From IMG/VR virus record IMGVR_UViG_3300017791_000077, positions 6,058 through 70,057 of that record: 64,000 bases of DNA; one strand, given 5' to 3'. The notes beneath the pieces are model-generated. The model was not told the origin of the DNA and ran no database searches. It saw nothing but the letters and a program-made list of their open reading frames with translations. This document shows positions 26,501 to 35,817 of the stretch, one piece after another; positions within the stretch are counted from its first letter, which is position 1; each line of letters begins with the position of its first letter. The DNA comes from a virus. Lineage: Duplodnaviria; Caudoviricetes. Made by a program: the position numbers and the translations under genes.

Positions 26501-27787
26501 CTACGAGATAAGGCCGCCGAGGAGGCCGAGGTTCGCCAGTTGCTGCCGCAGCAAGCGGTCCTGCTGCGCGTTGTATTGCGAGAGGCCGAGCTGCGCTGCC
26601 GTGTCGGATTGCTGCGCGTTCTGGCCTGCCGCGCCGAGGTTCCATTGAAGATCAGCGTTCGTGAGTTCGGGGCTTTCCGCTTGCAGAAGTTGCTCCTGAA
26701 TACCCGGAGGCAACCCGCCTGTGGTGTCAAAACCCCGCGAGGCCAGCCCCTGCTGCATCTGGTTGCCGATCGAAGCGTAGCGCTTGTTGATCTGGTTTTG
26801 CGACTGGTTGATCGACCGCTGCAAGAGGAGCGGGTTGATGACCTGCGACTGCGGAATTGGAGGCGCGCCATTTGACGACGCGGTGGGATTCATCGGGTCG
26901 CCGCCACCTGCGATTGCTCCGGACTGGCCGGGGTTGTTCCCGATGCCGACGCCTCCGACTCCGCCCGATCCCATGAGCTGCTTGAAGAGGGCCAGCTTGT
27001 CCTGCCCGAGTCCCACCTGCGCCATCGCCGGAGCGTTGACTGCGTTCTGGAGCGGAATCGAGTTGGCGATCTGCGCCTTGAGCCCGGCGAGTGTCTGATC
27101 GGCCCCGTACTTCGTTCCGGCCAGTTGATTCGCGGAGACGCCCATTGCTGCCGCAAGCTGATCGGCCGCCTGCGTCATGCCCACGTCTTTCTGGAGGCCC
27201 GCGACGCCGAGTTGTGCGCCGGCGTTGATGTTGGCGACCGGGACTTGCTGCGACGCGGCGAACTTGGCTGCGTCTGCCGCGGCCTGGGCGGCGCCGATCT
27301 GGCCCTGCATTCCGAACTGGGCCGCGCCGATCTGGCCTTGCGCGCCGGCCTGTGCGGCTCCGACCTGCCCTTGCTTCTGTGCGAGCGCGACAGCCTGTGC
27401 CGTCAGTGAATCGAGCCCAGATGTATTGCCTCCGCCCGTGCCACCGTAGGGATTGGTGTAGCCCCCCGAAAGCATATTCATCGGGGTGCCGATCCACGAA
27501 TCCGGGTAGCCCATGCCTCCCGATGGGTCGTAGTACCACGGCTGTTGTGGCGGATTGGCGTTGTAGGCTTGCTTCGCTTTGTAATCCGACAACTGGGAGG
27601 CCGTCAGCGGCGCACCAGCGTTTTTGGCGACCGTGCCGCTCTGATTGATTCCGGGGTCGAATCCGCTCAGTCCCGGATTGTCGATCGGGGCGGTAAGAGC
27701 ATCGCCAGTCCCGTCGTTAGGCGTCATTCCCGCCGTAACAATGCCAGCGTAGTACGGCAGTGCCGTTGGACCCATCAAACCGCTCAT
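26501..27787 (-). CDS. Putative ejection/pilot protein, Gly/Ala/Gln-rich
   Basis: Start MSGLMG with RBS GAGAGG; low-complexity composition. Confidence 0.65.
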   Translation of the reverse strand: MSGLMGPTALPYYAGIVTAGMTPNDGTGDALTAPIDNPGLSGFDPGINQSGTVAKNAGAPLTASQLSDYKAKQAYNANPPQQPWYYDPSGGMGYPDSWIGTPMNMLSGGYTNPYGGTGGGNTSGLDSLTAQAVALAQKQGQVGAAQAGAQGQIGAAQFGMQGQIGAAQAAADAAKFAASQQVPVANINAGAQLGVAGLQKDVGMTQAADQLAAAMGVSANQLAGTKYGADQTLAGLKAQIANSIPLQNAVNAPAMAQVGLGQDKLALFKQLMGSGGVGGVGIGNNPGQSGAIAGGGDPMNPTASSNGAPPIPQSQVINPLLLQRSINQSQNQINKRYASIGNQMQQGLASRGFDTTGGLPPGIQEQLLQAESPELTNADLQWNLGAAGQNAQQSDTAAQLGLSQYNAQQDRLLRQQLANLGLLGGLIS

Positions 27788-27846
27788 CGTCGCCTCTCTT
27801 TCGAGGAAGGGCGACGGGATCATCTCCGCCTACAATTGTCGCACGT

Positions 27847-28149
27847 TTACGGCTCTTTTTCCAGACGGCTTTCACACGTCCCGCAATACCGCGTGGAAGT
27901 CCCTCTCATCAAGACGCACCGCTGGAACAGGTCGCACTGGTAGACCTTGACCTGCACCCGCTTTCCGTTCTGGGCGCACGTCCCGCACTCCATCGTGTCG
28001 ATCTGGTCGTGTCGGTAGATGCAGGCTGTGCCGGGAGGCTGCTGGCGTCCTTCCCAGATCGCGAGATACGCTTGGCGCGTCTCTTCCGGGAGGCCGCTCG
28101 TGCCCTCACAGATGGACCGCATTCTTCCGACCAGCTTCGTGCAATCCAT
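27847..28149 (-). CDS. Cys-rich hypothetical protein
   Basis: TAATG coupling; C..., CGTC, C...C, CGTC. Confidence 0.65.
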   Translation of the reverse strand: MDCTKLVGRMRSICEGTSGLPEETRQAYLAIWEGRQQPPGTACIYRHDQIDTMECGTCAQNGKRVQVKVYQCDLFQRCVLMRGTSTRYCGTCESRLEKEP

Positions 28150-28487
28150 TACACCGGCCCCAGCCCGTACCATATCGAGCCGCTGATCGTGCCGGCGCCA
28201 GTCTGCGTGAGGGTGAATTTCGCGTTCGCTGGAAGCGTGAAGCGGGGCCGCATGTCTGGCAGCATGTCGAGGTCGAGAGGAACCCCGGCCACGAGCGTCC
28301 GCGCTCCTTCAAGCGCGGTCGGCCCCGTTCCCTGATTGAACTGCAAGGTGAGGGTCGCAGAGGCTTGGAGGTTGATCGCGTAGATCAAATAGTTCTGCCC
28401 GGCCACGGCCGCCAGAACGTCGGTGCTCGACGTGATGTTGACGGAAAGCTGCGAGAACGGGTAGGTGATCGCGTTAAGACTCGCCAT
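28149..28487 (-). CDS. Small beta-sandwich virion protein (paralog A)
   Basis: MASLN..., DVLAA, IYA.N, EGART...GVPL.L, SGSIWY.LGPV shared with next gene. Confidence 0.8.
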   Translation of the reverse strand: MASLNAITYPFSQLSVNITSSTDVLAAVAGQNYLIYAINLQASATLTLQFNQGTGPTALEGARTLVAGVPLDLDMLPDMRPRFTLPANAKFTLTQTGAGTISGSIWYGLGPV

Positions 28488-28505
28488 GACTGAAATCCCC
28501 TTCGA

Positions 28506-28841
28506 TTAGACTGGTCCCAACGTGTACCATATTGATCCGCTCGTCTGGGCCGTCCCGCTGAGCGTGATGTTGAATGCTTCCCCCAGCCCGCACACGTAGC
28601 GCGGCCTGATGTCTGGGAATTCCTTGAGGTTGAGCGGCACGCCAGTCGCCATCGTCCGCGCTCCCTCGAACGCCGTGGTGCCATGCTTGAAGGTCACTGT
28701 TCCGGCCGCAGCGGAACTGATGTTCAGGGCGTAGATGCGGTACTGCTGTGTGGCGGATGGAGCAGCCAGAACATCAGTGCTCGCGGCGATGTCCACTTTT
28801 GCCTGCAACCAGGGGTGGCCGGCTTCGTTCAGGCTCGCCAT
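28506..28841 (-). CDS. Small beta-sandwich virion protein (paralog B)
   Basis: Clear tandem paralog of 28149-28487; RBS AAAGGA. Confidence 0.8.
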   Translation of the reverse strand: MASLNEAGHPWLQAKVDIAASTDVLAAPSATQQYRIYALNISSAAAGTVTFKHGTTAFEGARTMATGVPLNLKEFPDIRPRYVCGLGEAFNITLSGTAQTSGSIWYTLGPV

Positions 28842-28866
28842 ATTTGAATCCTTTCAGGGTCGTAAC

Positions 28867-28895
28867 TTGACTTTCGATTATACCGCGCCCATGAT
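28867..28895 (+). promoter_or_regulatory. Sigma70-type promoter for the + strand moron
   Basis: TTGACT-17 bp-CATGAT. Confidence 0.55.
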
Positions 28896-28912
28896 GGGGA
28901 GGGAGATGACTT

Positions 28913-29092
28913 ATGGTCGAGTTCCGATGCCTCAACTGCAACGGTTTGTTCGACGTGAAGTTCTGGTGGGAACTCCCTACAGAGGTCGAGTGCCCGCACT
29001 GCCACTCCCGCTTTGAAACCGACTGGGATGAAGGCGAAGACAGCGGCTGCTGCTGGCTCGCCGGTCCTGTCCACACAGGAGACAAACGATGA
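28913..29092 (+). CDS. 59-aa Zn-ribbon protein (not in ORF track)
   Basis: RBS GGAGGGAG; CLNC...CPHC, acidic tail; ATGA overlap. Confidence 0.7.
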   Translation: MVEFRCLNCNGLFDVKFWWELPTEVECPHCHSRFETDWDEGEDSGCCWLAGPVHTGDKR

Positions 29093-29355
29093 AACGCCTG
29101 CTGCTCGCTGTCGCCGTTCTCGCGTGCTGCTCTCTCGCCCGTGCTGACAACTTCTACGTCTACTCGCGTGGTCAGACGTATCTGGGGAGCTACAATTCCT
29201 CCGGCGGCTACATGATCGGCCCGCAGCTCCAGATAACGCAGTGGGGCGGTCGTCCGCTGTACGTCCAGCAGCCACAGCAGTACGTGCCTCCGGGATATTA
29301 CACGTATCCGCAGCCGTATTATCGGCCGCAGCCTGTGTTTCGATGGGGGTGGTGA
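29089..29355 (+). CDS. Secreted Tyr/Gln/Pro/Gly-rich small protein
   Basis: Signal peptide MKRLLLAVAVLACCSLARA; RBS AGGAGA. Confidence 0.8.
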   Translation: MKRLLLAVAVLACCSLARADNFYVYSRGQTYLGSYNSSGGYMIGPQLQITQWGGRPLYVQQPQQYVPPGYYTYPQPYYRPQPVFRWGW

Positions 29356-29564
29356 TGTCTCGCCTCGATAAAACTCTGGGCGTTTCGTTTGCTGCGATTA
29401 TGGTTCTCGTGCTTTCCGTGGCCTTCGTGCGCGGGATGTACAAAGGCCAGTGCCCGACGTGCGGCGGGATCTGCGTCAATGCGCAGGGGTCGTCCGTCTT
29501 TTCGGATGACTGGTCGTCGCAGTGTCTGAATTGTGGCAGCATTTACGCCAAGCCTAAGAGGTAA
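29355..29564 (+). CDS. Membrane-anchored Zn-finger protein
   Basis: TM LGVSFAAIMVLVLSVAFV; CPTCG...CLNCG. Confidence 0.7.
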   Translation: MSRLDKTLGVSFAAIMVLVLSVAFVRGMYKGQCPTCGGICVNAQGSSVFSDDWSSQCLNCGSIYAKPKR

Positions 29565-30006
29565 TCGTGATGTCCATGCCGGATGGGCCGGGACCGCAGC
29601 AGCCTCCGAGTGTTCCCGCCGTGCTGAACGTGATGTTGAGCGGATCGCACGCGCAGGATGTCGGCACAAGTCCGGTCACTGTGGCGCAGGAATCCGAGAA
29701 CGTGAGCGCCATCCGCAACCCGTGACAGTCCGTTCCAGCGCACGTGAGCGTGAATGTGATGTCGTCGCCGCATGAGCCGAACGGCGCTGTTCCAACCCAC
29801 GCATTGGTCCCGTTCCCGACGAGCGCAGTCGTGTCTCCGGGTTGGCCGCATTCGCAGAAAAAACTCGGAACCCACGTGCATTGCACCGTCGCGTTGTAGT
29901 CGAACGTCGGGCAGCAGGGCGTGCCGCAGCAACTTGGGCACGGGTCGCCGCAGCCGCACAGGTCGGTCAGACTGAAAGATCCCAGATCGACATTGACGGT
30001 GCCCAT
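29554..30006 (-). CDS. Cys-rich tail-associated protein
   Basis: TGATG coupling; CGCGDPCPSCCGTPCC. Confidence 0.7.
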   Translation of the reverse strand: MGTVNVDLGSFSLTDLCGCGDPCPSCCGTPCCPTFDYNATVQCTWVPSFFCECGQPGDTTALVGNGTNAWVGTAPFGSCGDDITFTLTCAGTDCHGLRMALTFSDSCATVTGLVPTSCACDPLNITFSTAGTLGGCCGPGPSGMDITITS

Positions 30007-30554
30007 CAGAAACTTGCCACCCCATTCGTGAATGTGATGGTCCGCGTCGTGAGCGTGAGCGTCACTGTGGCCGTACAACCGGAGACGCTGACCGAACCTG
30101 AAACGCCCGTCACCACGTCGATCGAACCGCTGGTCCCGCTGCCCAGAATGTTCGTGATGTTCGTAATGTTCTCGGTGACGTTCGTGATATTGTTGATCGT
30201 CTCTTCCGTGATGTTGTTCACGTTGTTGACGTTCGTGATCTGTTCCGTGACGGTGTTGTACGTGTTGTTCGATTCATCGACGTACTGGATCAGCTCGTTG
30301 ATGTTCGTGGTCGAGAACCGCTTGCGGAAAATCTTGATCGCCGGGCCGTTCTGCGGGGCCACCAGCTCCAGCGTGTCGGGCATCGTGATCGGGTCTTGCT
30401 GCTTCAACCCGGCGAGGAATTCATCCGCAAAATCTTGGACTCCGGGATCGTGCAATTCCCCGTCCGAGAGCTTGTCGGAGTTCACCGGATAGCCGAAGTG
30501 CGTGCGCTTGAGGCGCTGCACCAGGGCGGTTGTAATCGCGTAGAGACCGGCCAT
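30006..30554 (-). CDS. Tail-associated protein with Asn/Thr/Ile repeats
   Basis: NITEETINNITNVTENITNIT; operon position. Confidence 0.7.
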   Translation of the reverse strand: MAGLYAITTALVQRLKRTHFGYPVNSDKLSDGELHDPGVQDFADEFLAGLKQQDPITMPDTLELVAPQNGPAIKIFRKRFSTTNINELIQYVDESNNTYNTVTEQITNVNNVNNITEETINNITNVTENITNITNILGSGTSGSIDVVTGVSGSVSVSGCTATVTLTLTTRTITFTNGVASF

Positions 30555-32978
30555 TTACTCGATTTCGTCCAGCGAGAGATTCAGGATGTTCAACTGATCC
30601 GCGTTCGTGCAGCCGTCGAGTTCGATCGAGATGAACCGCGGCCCATCCGTAGCGAACTCCCGCATCCCCGGAATCCGTTGCCGCACGTAGCCGTTCGATT
30701 TCGTCGAGTCGATCGAGATGTCCGTCGCCGGATCGTTCATCAGCACCGCCATTCCGTTCCCGTCCGCCAGAGTGTGGACCGGAGTGAAGTCGTCTTTCGC
30801 CGTCTTGCTCATGTCCAGATAGACGCGGGCGTAGATCGGCGTGGAGGTCGTGGTGGGCGAGAACTGCACGGAGAGCGCCCGCTGCATTTCAGTCTGGCCC
30901 TCGACGAACTGCTGCCATCCCGAGCGCCACTTCCACTGAATCCCGCCCAACTGATAGGTGCTGGTGGTATCGGGTCGCGTGCTCCACGGGCGGTCGAAGT
31001 TGAGCCGCGTGCCTGATTGTGACACGATGCGCCGCGACTGCCATTTCCCGGTCCCGCCGATGATGACAATCTCCTGCCCAGCCAGTCCCGTCTGGAACGT
31101 GGCGTTGGAGTCGATGATCCAGTCGTAGCCCGACGACGTGACGGTCCCCTGCACTGTCCCAACCGTGGGATCGACGGCATCCAGTGTGCTCTGGTGCAGC
31201 GCCATGATCCGCTTGGCGTCGGTTCCAAGAAACACCTGCGGCTTGCCGTTCAGGCGTCCCAGACACGAGGCGCCGATCGGGAAGCGGTACATTTCGATCC
31301 ACCAGCGCTTGAGCCGGATCGAGTAGCAGACGGCGTGGTACGGGGCATAACCTCCCGCCAGCACGACGAACCAGCGGACGGTCGTTTCGCCGGGATCGTA
31401 GACCGCGTGAAACGATTTGCGGGCCGCCCAGTTGATCTTGTATGGGCCGCTCTGGCGGTTCCTGAACAGGTCGTTGACAGCCGGAGTCGAGATGTCGATC
31501 AGGTCATTGCCAACGAACTGCCAGAAGCCCAGCGTGTCCATCCCGTAGACGACGTTATCGACCTTCACCCACGAGCGGTTATTGATGCAGCCCCGCGACG
31601 CTGCGAGGACCGCTTCCCCATCATTGAGCGGATCTTCCACGAAGCTGAAGCGGTAGATGCGATTCTCGAACAGGATGTACAGCCACGCATGATGCTGCAT
31701 GAGGCCCGTGATTTCCCCCGCGCCGGGGTCTTTCGCCAGCGGCAGGGAATTCGTCAGGGGCCATGCTTCCGGCTGCGAGGGAGGCGTCCAGTAGATCGTG
31801 AACCGTTCGGCCGGGCCGTTCGTGATCGAGTAGTAGGCGTACTGATCGGTGTTGCCGGTGTAGACCTCCGTGAGTGTGAGGCTGGTCTGACTCTGCACGC
31901 CGTCGATGGTGTAGCGCTTGTCGCCACCCACGACTTCGAGGAAGCGACCGGGGAACGTCAACTGGCCCCATTCCGTGCCGAGGCCCGTCACGCCCTTCGA
32001 GCCGTTTGTGACGACGACGGCGCCTTCCGAATAATTCTCGTTCCCGGCTGCAAACACCCGCCCGAGACAGGGAGCCACAAACTTCTTGCTGTTGAGCGGG
32101 ATCGACTTATCGACCAGCGTTTCGCCGTTCACGTCGGTCAGCGATACGTCCGTCACCAGCGAGGCGTCGTCCGTCTGAGAGTTGAACGTTGTGCTCGTGA
32201 GGTCCGTAGTGTCGATGTCGATGAAGAATACCGACGTATCGCCGTCTTTGTTCCGCAGAATCTGCCGGCGCGTGACCTTCGTTTCCGTCGAGACCGCCAC
32301 GTTCGAGTAGGTGATCTGCTGCACGCCCGTTGTGGCTGTGCCGCCGGAATTGTACGTGCCCGATCCGAGCGAGGCCACGCCGCCGCCCAGGTACAGCGCG
32401 GCTGTAGTCGGCGTCTGCATGATGACCTGAAAGATGCCGTTGGCCGCGAGGTTCCCCAGCACTCCCGTAACCTTGATGATCTGCCCGGTACCCCAGCCCG
32501 GCGCTGCCGATAGCGTGAGCACGATGGGTGAAGCGTTCGTGGCTCCGGTGATCGTGGCGAAGGTCGTGGAGTTCGTGACGTAGGGGTCGCTGATCGGGGA
32601 AAGGCTCGAAAGGTTCCCCGAGCGGTCCACGAACCGCACGTAGCACTGGAACGTGCCCACAATGTTTCCCGAGCCCGTTCCAGTCATCGCAGGTTGCGCC
32701 AGCGGGGGCTTGACGCCGGCAGTCTCTGTGACGCCTACGGAGGGATCGAAGCGGAGGGGCTTGTCGATGCCGTTCCAGATTTGCACCGTGCCGTCCGGTG
32801 CTTCGATGTAGGTATCAGCGAAGCGGCGGTAATGGGATTGCGTCGGTACGACCGGCGGGACTGTGCTGTTCGACCGGAAGGCGCGGACGCCTACCGTCTG
32901 GCGCGAGAGGGCGCGGCGCTTCTTGCGCCGCTTCTGCGCCTGAATCGCGGTGTATAGCTTCAACGGATTCCCGGCCAT
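30555..32978 (-). CDS. Podovirus tail nozzle / tubular protein B-like
   Basis: 807 aa beta-rich; GEITGL...LYILFENRIYR, GCINNRS propeller-like motifs; FCCH-like ITGATNASPIVLT insert. Confidence 0.7.
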   Translation of the reverse strand: MAGNPLKLYTAIQAQKRRKKRRALSRQTVGVRAFRSNSTVPPVVPTQSHYRRFADTYIEAPDGTVQIWNGIDKPLRFDPSVGVTETAGVKPPLAQPAMTGTGSGNIVGTFQCYVRFVDRSGNLSSLSPISDPYVTNSTTFATITGATNASPIVLTLSAAPGWGTGQIIKVTGVLGNLAANGIFQVIMQTPTTAALYLGGGVASLGSGTYNSGGTATTGVQQITYSNVAVSTETKVTRRQILRNKDGDTSVFFIDIDTTDLTSTTFNSQTDDASLVTDVSLTDVNGETLVDKSIPLNSKKFVAPCLGRVFAAGNENYSEGAVVVTNGSKGVTGLGTEWGQLTFPGRFLEVVGGDKRYTIDGVQSQTSLTLTEVYTGNTDQYAYYSITNGPAERFTIYWTPPSQPEAWPLTNSLPLAKDPGAGEITGLMQHHAWLYILFENRIYRFSFVEDPLNDGEAVLAASRGCINNRSWVKVDNVVYGMDTLGFWQFVGNDLIDISTPAVNDLFRNRQSGPYKINWAARKSFHAVYDPGETTVRWFVVLAGGYAPYHAVCYSIRLKRWWIEMYRFPIGASCLGRLNGKPQVFLGTDAKRIMALHQSTLDAVDPTVGTVQGTVTSSGYDWIIDSNATFQTGLAGQEIVIIGGTGKWQSRRIVSQSGTRLNFDRPWSTRPDTTSTYQLGGIQWKWRSGWQQFVEGQTEMQRALSVQFSPTTTSTPIYARVYLDMSKTAKDDFTPVHTLADGNGMAVLMNDPATDISIDSTKSNGYVRQRIPGMREFATDGPRFISIELDGCTNADQLNILNLSLDEIE

Positions 32979-33430
32979 TATTCCTCACAGGTCGCAGTCA
33001 CGCCGATGTGCGTCGTGGCCGTCAGGGTTCCCGGAGTCGCCCGAATGCCGATGCGCGTTCCGCCCACCACGGGAATCGGAGGATCGAGGTACAGCGGAAT
33101 CCACGACTGCTCGTTGTAGAACCCTGTCCAGAGAATGTTCCCCGCGGTCGGTTCTCCAGTCGCCGTCTTCTGCGCTGTGGTCTGGAGCGTTTCCGAGTCC
33201 GACGAGCAGAGCTTGATCGGCGTCAGGGCCGACATGGTGCCGGCCGATGATTGCACGAGGATGTCGATCTGGATGCCCGGATCGGTCGGCGTGATACCGT
33301 CCGAAGACACGTCGATCTTTCGGATGAGTGCCCGCGTGTTCGTCGCCGCCACGAGCTGGACGATGGTTTTCGCGGTGGACGCGGTGAGCGCCACTGAACC
33401 GGACTGAGCGGTAAATCCTACGCCTGCCAT
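32978..33430 (-). CDS. Beta-sandwich virion protein
   Basis: RBS GGGAAAGGA; Thr/Ala-rich beta composition. Confidence 0.75.
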   Translation of the reverse strand: MAGVGFTAQSGSVALTASTAKTIVQLVAATNTRALIRKIDVSSDGITPTDPGIQIDILVQSSAGTMSALTPIKLCSSDSETLQTTAQKTATGEPTAGNILWTGFYNEQSWIPLYLDPPIPVVGGTRIGIRATPGTLTATTHIGVTATCEE

Positions 33431-33447
33431 GATTCAAAATCCTTTCC

Positions 33448-33897
33448 CTAGACGTTAGGCCCACGATTAAGCGAGACCTGCCCGCCATCGGTCGTGAACA
33501 AAATCCAATCCTGTCCGCTCCCAGGGCGGTCCAAAAAGAACGCCGAATTCACCATCCCGTTCGCATCCCCTCCCGCCGTCACCTCGAACGTCCCCTGCGC
33601 GGATTTCGCTGTGCCGCTTGTCTGATAGTCGAACCGCACGTAGTAGAGGCCGGCACTGAAGGCGCTCGTGAGCATCTGCATGTAGCGGAATAGGCCCGTC
33701 GCGGTGTAGCGCTCCAGCGGCGGAAGGCTCTTGCTGACGACTGGCGAGCCGCCACCCTGCGCATAGATTTTCATCGTCGGCGCGGCGTCGGGCGCGGTCG
33801 GTGCGCCAGCGGTGCTCGTACACTGGACGTACAGCGGAATCTCCGTCCCCAGCGGCTTGCGTCCGAAGTATTCGTGGAAGGTGCTGTTGCGGTCCAT
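33448..33897 (-). CDS. Ig-like/BppU-like virion protein
   Basis: TGLFRY, AGLYYVRFDY, GTFEV. Confidence 0.65.
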   Translation of the reverse strand: MDRNSTFHEYFGRKPLGTEIPLYVQCTSTAGAPTAPDAAPTMKIYAQGGGSPVVSKSLPPLERYTATGLFRYMQMLTSAFSAGLYYVRFDYQTSGTAKSAQGTFEVTAGGDANGMVNSAFFLDRPGSGQDWILFTTDGGQVSLNRGPNV

Positions 33898-33899
33898 CG

Positions 33900-34223
33900 T
33901 CAGACAACCATGAAGGACAACTCGTCGCAGTATTGGGCGCTGCTGATCGCGTAGGCGCAGCGAACGTGGTAAATGTTCCCGGCCGCGAAGTTATTTCCGA
34001 CTGTGATCTGAAGCCCCGTCGCCTGATAGAGTCCGGTCTGTGAATCCACTGGCGTCACGCTGAATGAGCCAGTGAGCAGCGCTGACGTTCCGGACGGAGA
34101 GTAGATGCGGTATGTGATTGCGTTCGAGTCCGCCGCGACTGGCGTGCGCGACGAGTTTGTGGTCGTCAGCATCAGGGCGAACGTCGTTGTGCCAATGGGA
34201 ACCTGTGCGTAAAAAATGGCTAT
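33900..34223 (-). CDS. Ig-like virion protein, paralog of 33448-33897 (start uncertain: ATA 34223, ATT 34217 or ATG 34172)
   Basis: TGLYQ, AGNIYHVR parallel the paralog; similarity extends upstream of the first ATG. Confidence 0.6.
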   Translation of the reverse strand: MAIFYAQVPIGTTTFALMLTTTNSSRTPVAADSNAITYRIYSPSGTSALLTGSFSVTPVDSQTGLYQATGLQITVGNNFAAGNIYHVRCAYAISSAQYCDELSFMVV

Positions 34224-34396
34224 TTCCTCCCCATCTTCTTGCGATCTCTGGTCCGCGCCGAGTGGTAATCTTCGCCCTTCGTGTTGGCGTATCGGGCGCG
34301 TACTGAAGCGAGCGCTTTTGCGTGGCTCGTGCTGTGTCCGACGACCTTTCCGGTGTCGGCCCGCACGATGTCATTCCCGACTGCTTTCCACGGCAT
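34220..34396 (-). CDS. 58-aa basic protein (not in ORF track)
   Basis: RBS GAGGTG; MPWKAVG...ARYAN...RKKMGRK. Confidence 0.7.
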   Translation of the reverse strand: MPWKAVGNDIVRADTGKVVGHSTSHAKALASVRARYANTKGEDYHSARTRDRKKMGRK

Positions 34397-34404
34397 AATT
34401 CACC

Positions 34405-34587
34405 TCAACTTGACGAGTCGAAGATAACGAGGCGCATCCCGTCGCGGGGTGTCAGTTGCCCTGCGGTGTCAGATTTGAGATTCACCTGATCCTGGCCTGT
34501 CCCCGGCGGCAGGTCGTGCGAATCCGATTGCAGGCTGATGCCGGGGAAGTCGCGCATTTCGAGTGTCTTGCGGGGTTGCTCGCTCAC
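34405..34587 (-). CDS. Small tail-associated protein
   Basis: F.GI......LP.G......N....G.L..R.G pattern typical of nozzle N-terminal modules. Confidence 0.6.
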   Translation of the reverse strand: MSEQPRKTLEMRDFPGISLQSDSHDLPPGTGQDQVNLKSDTAGQLTPRDGMRLVIFDSSS

Positions 34588-35729
34588 GATGTCGCATTCG
34601 TAATGTCGTAGTATTGCGGGACTCGACGCCAGAACCGGACGCCTTCCGGCTTGCGGTCGAACGAGCGGTTGTCGGCTTCCATCGCCTGCTGAAGCGCTGC
34701 CTGATACACCTGATTCAAGGCCGGCACGTCAGCCCGTCTCTGGATCGTTCCCAGTTCCATCTCGCACTTGCGCAGGAAGGCCGAGTACATCGCCCCGGAT
34801 TCGATGTCGATCGGGTCGCTGATCTCGTATTTGGCTGCCGAAGAAATGTCGGAGTCGAACGCCTGATCCACGCCGATGCCCGTGGCACTTGTGTACGACG
34901 TGATGATCCGCTGATTCACGAAGGGGTTCGAGCCATCCGTTCCTGTGGGGACTGCGGTCGCTGTGCCCTGCCGGATGACGCAGCCGATCATGGCGCTCGT
35001 GAACACCGTCGAGGCCCCGGTGACGGTCGTTCCGCTAGAGGTGATCGTCCCCGTGGTGTACGACGGCGTGAGCAATGGACGCGGCCGGCGGTGGTACATG
35101 TAGTCGTACTGGTAGACCGCGTCGGGCGGCAGATACAGGCGGATCGCCATCGTTCCCACGTAATGCGGGTCGCTGGTGATCGTGTAGTAGCGCGGCAGCG
35201 TGGGCATCGTGTTGTAGAGCCGCATCGCCACGAAGTCGTTCGGCTCCATGTATTCGAGCGTGATGTTCCGGCTGGAGTCCTTGATCGTGCCGATTTCGAG
35301 GAAGTCCACGGGCAGGGGATACGTGTCCCGCCACAGCCGGTAGCTCGTTCCGGCCGCGATGTCTGCGCCGGGGTTGTTGTTCACCGAGAGCGTGATCTGT
35401 GTGTCGCTGTCGCGGGAGGCGACGGGGTACTCGACGCCCGATGCCTGAAACGTGCCGAACGCCGCCCATGACGGGAACGTGCCGCTGTCGAGCGTGATGG
35501 CGCGCGTCGAGTTCGTGTAGGTGATCGTGCCGGTGCTGTAGTAGGCGACCGTGCTCAATCGCCCACGGCCGATGAAGTAGTTCCAGCGGCGGGTGTTGGC
35601 GATGTCCCGGTAGGCCGATTCGACGGCACGGCGGACCTTGCGGAGCGTCTGCGCGTCGGTCGTGGCGCTGCCGCACCAGTCAAGGAGGCTGGCTTGAACG
35701 TCGCTGGCGGTGTAGAGGGAGGTCAGCAT
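34584..35729 (-). CDS. Head-tail adaptor / tail tubular protein A-like
   Basis: RAVESAYRDIAN..RW, YPLPVDFLEI, PRYYTI, IRLYLPPDAVY. Confidence 0.75.
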   Translation of the reverse strand: MLTSLYTASDVQASLLDWCGSATTDAQTLRKVRRAVESAYRDIANTRRWNYFIGRGRLSTVAYYSTGTITYTNSTRAITLDSGTFPSWAAFGTFQASGVEYPVASRDSDTQITLSVNNNPGADIAAGTSYRLWRDTYPLPVDFLEIGTIKDSSRNITLEYMEPNDFVAMRLYNTMPTLPRYYTITSDPHYVGTMAIRLYLPPDAVYQYDYMYHRRPRPLLTPSYTTGTITSSGTTVTGASTVFTSAMIGCVIRQGTATAVPTGTDGSNPFVNQRIITSYTSATGIGVDQAFDSDISSAAKYEISDPIDIESGAMYSAFLRKCEMELGTIQRRADVPALNQVYQAALQQAMEADNRSFDRKPEGVRFWRRVPQYYDITNATS

Positions 35730-35817
35730 CGGTCACTTTCCAGCTTGCGTTCTCCGTGTAATCGCCTAAGATTGCGCATCTGGAATCCGCAACCATTTCC
35801 TCTCAGAGAGTCGCGCA

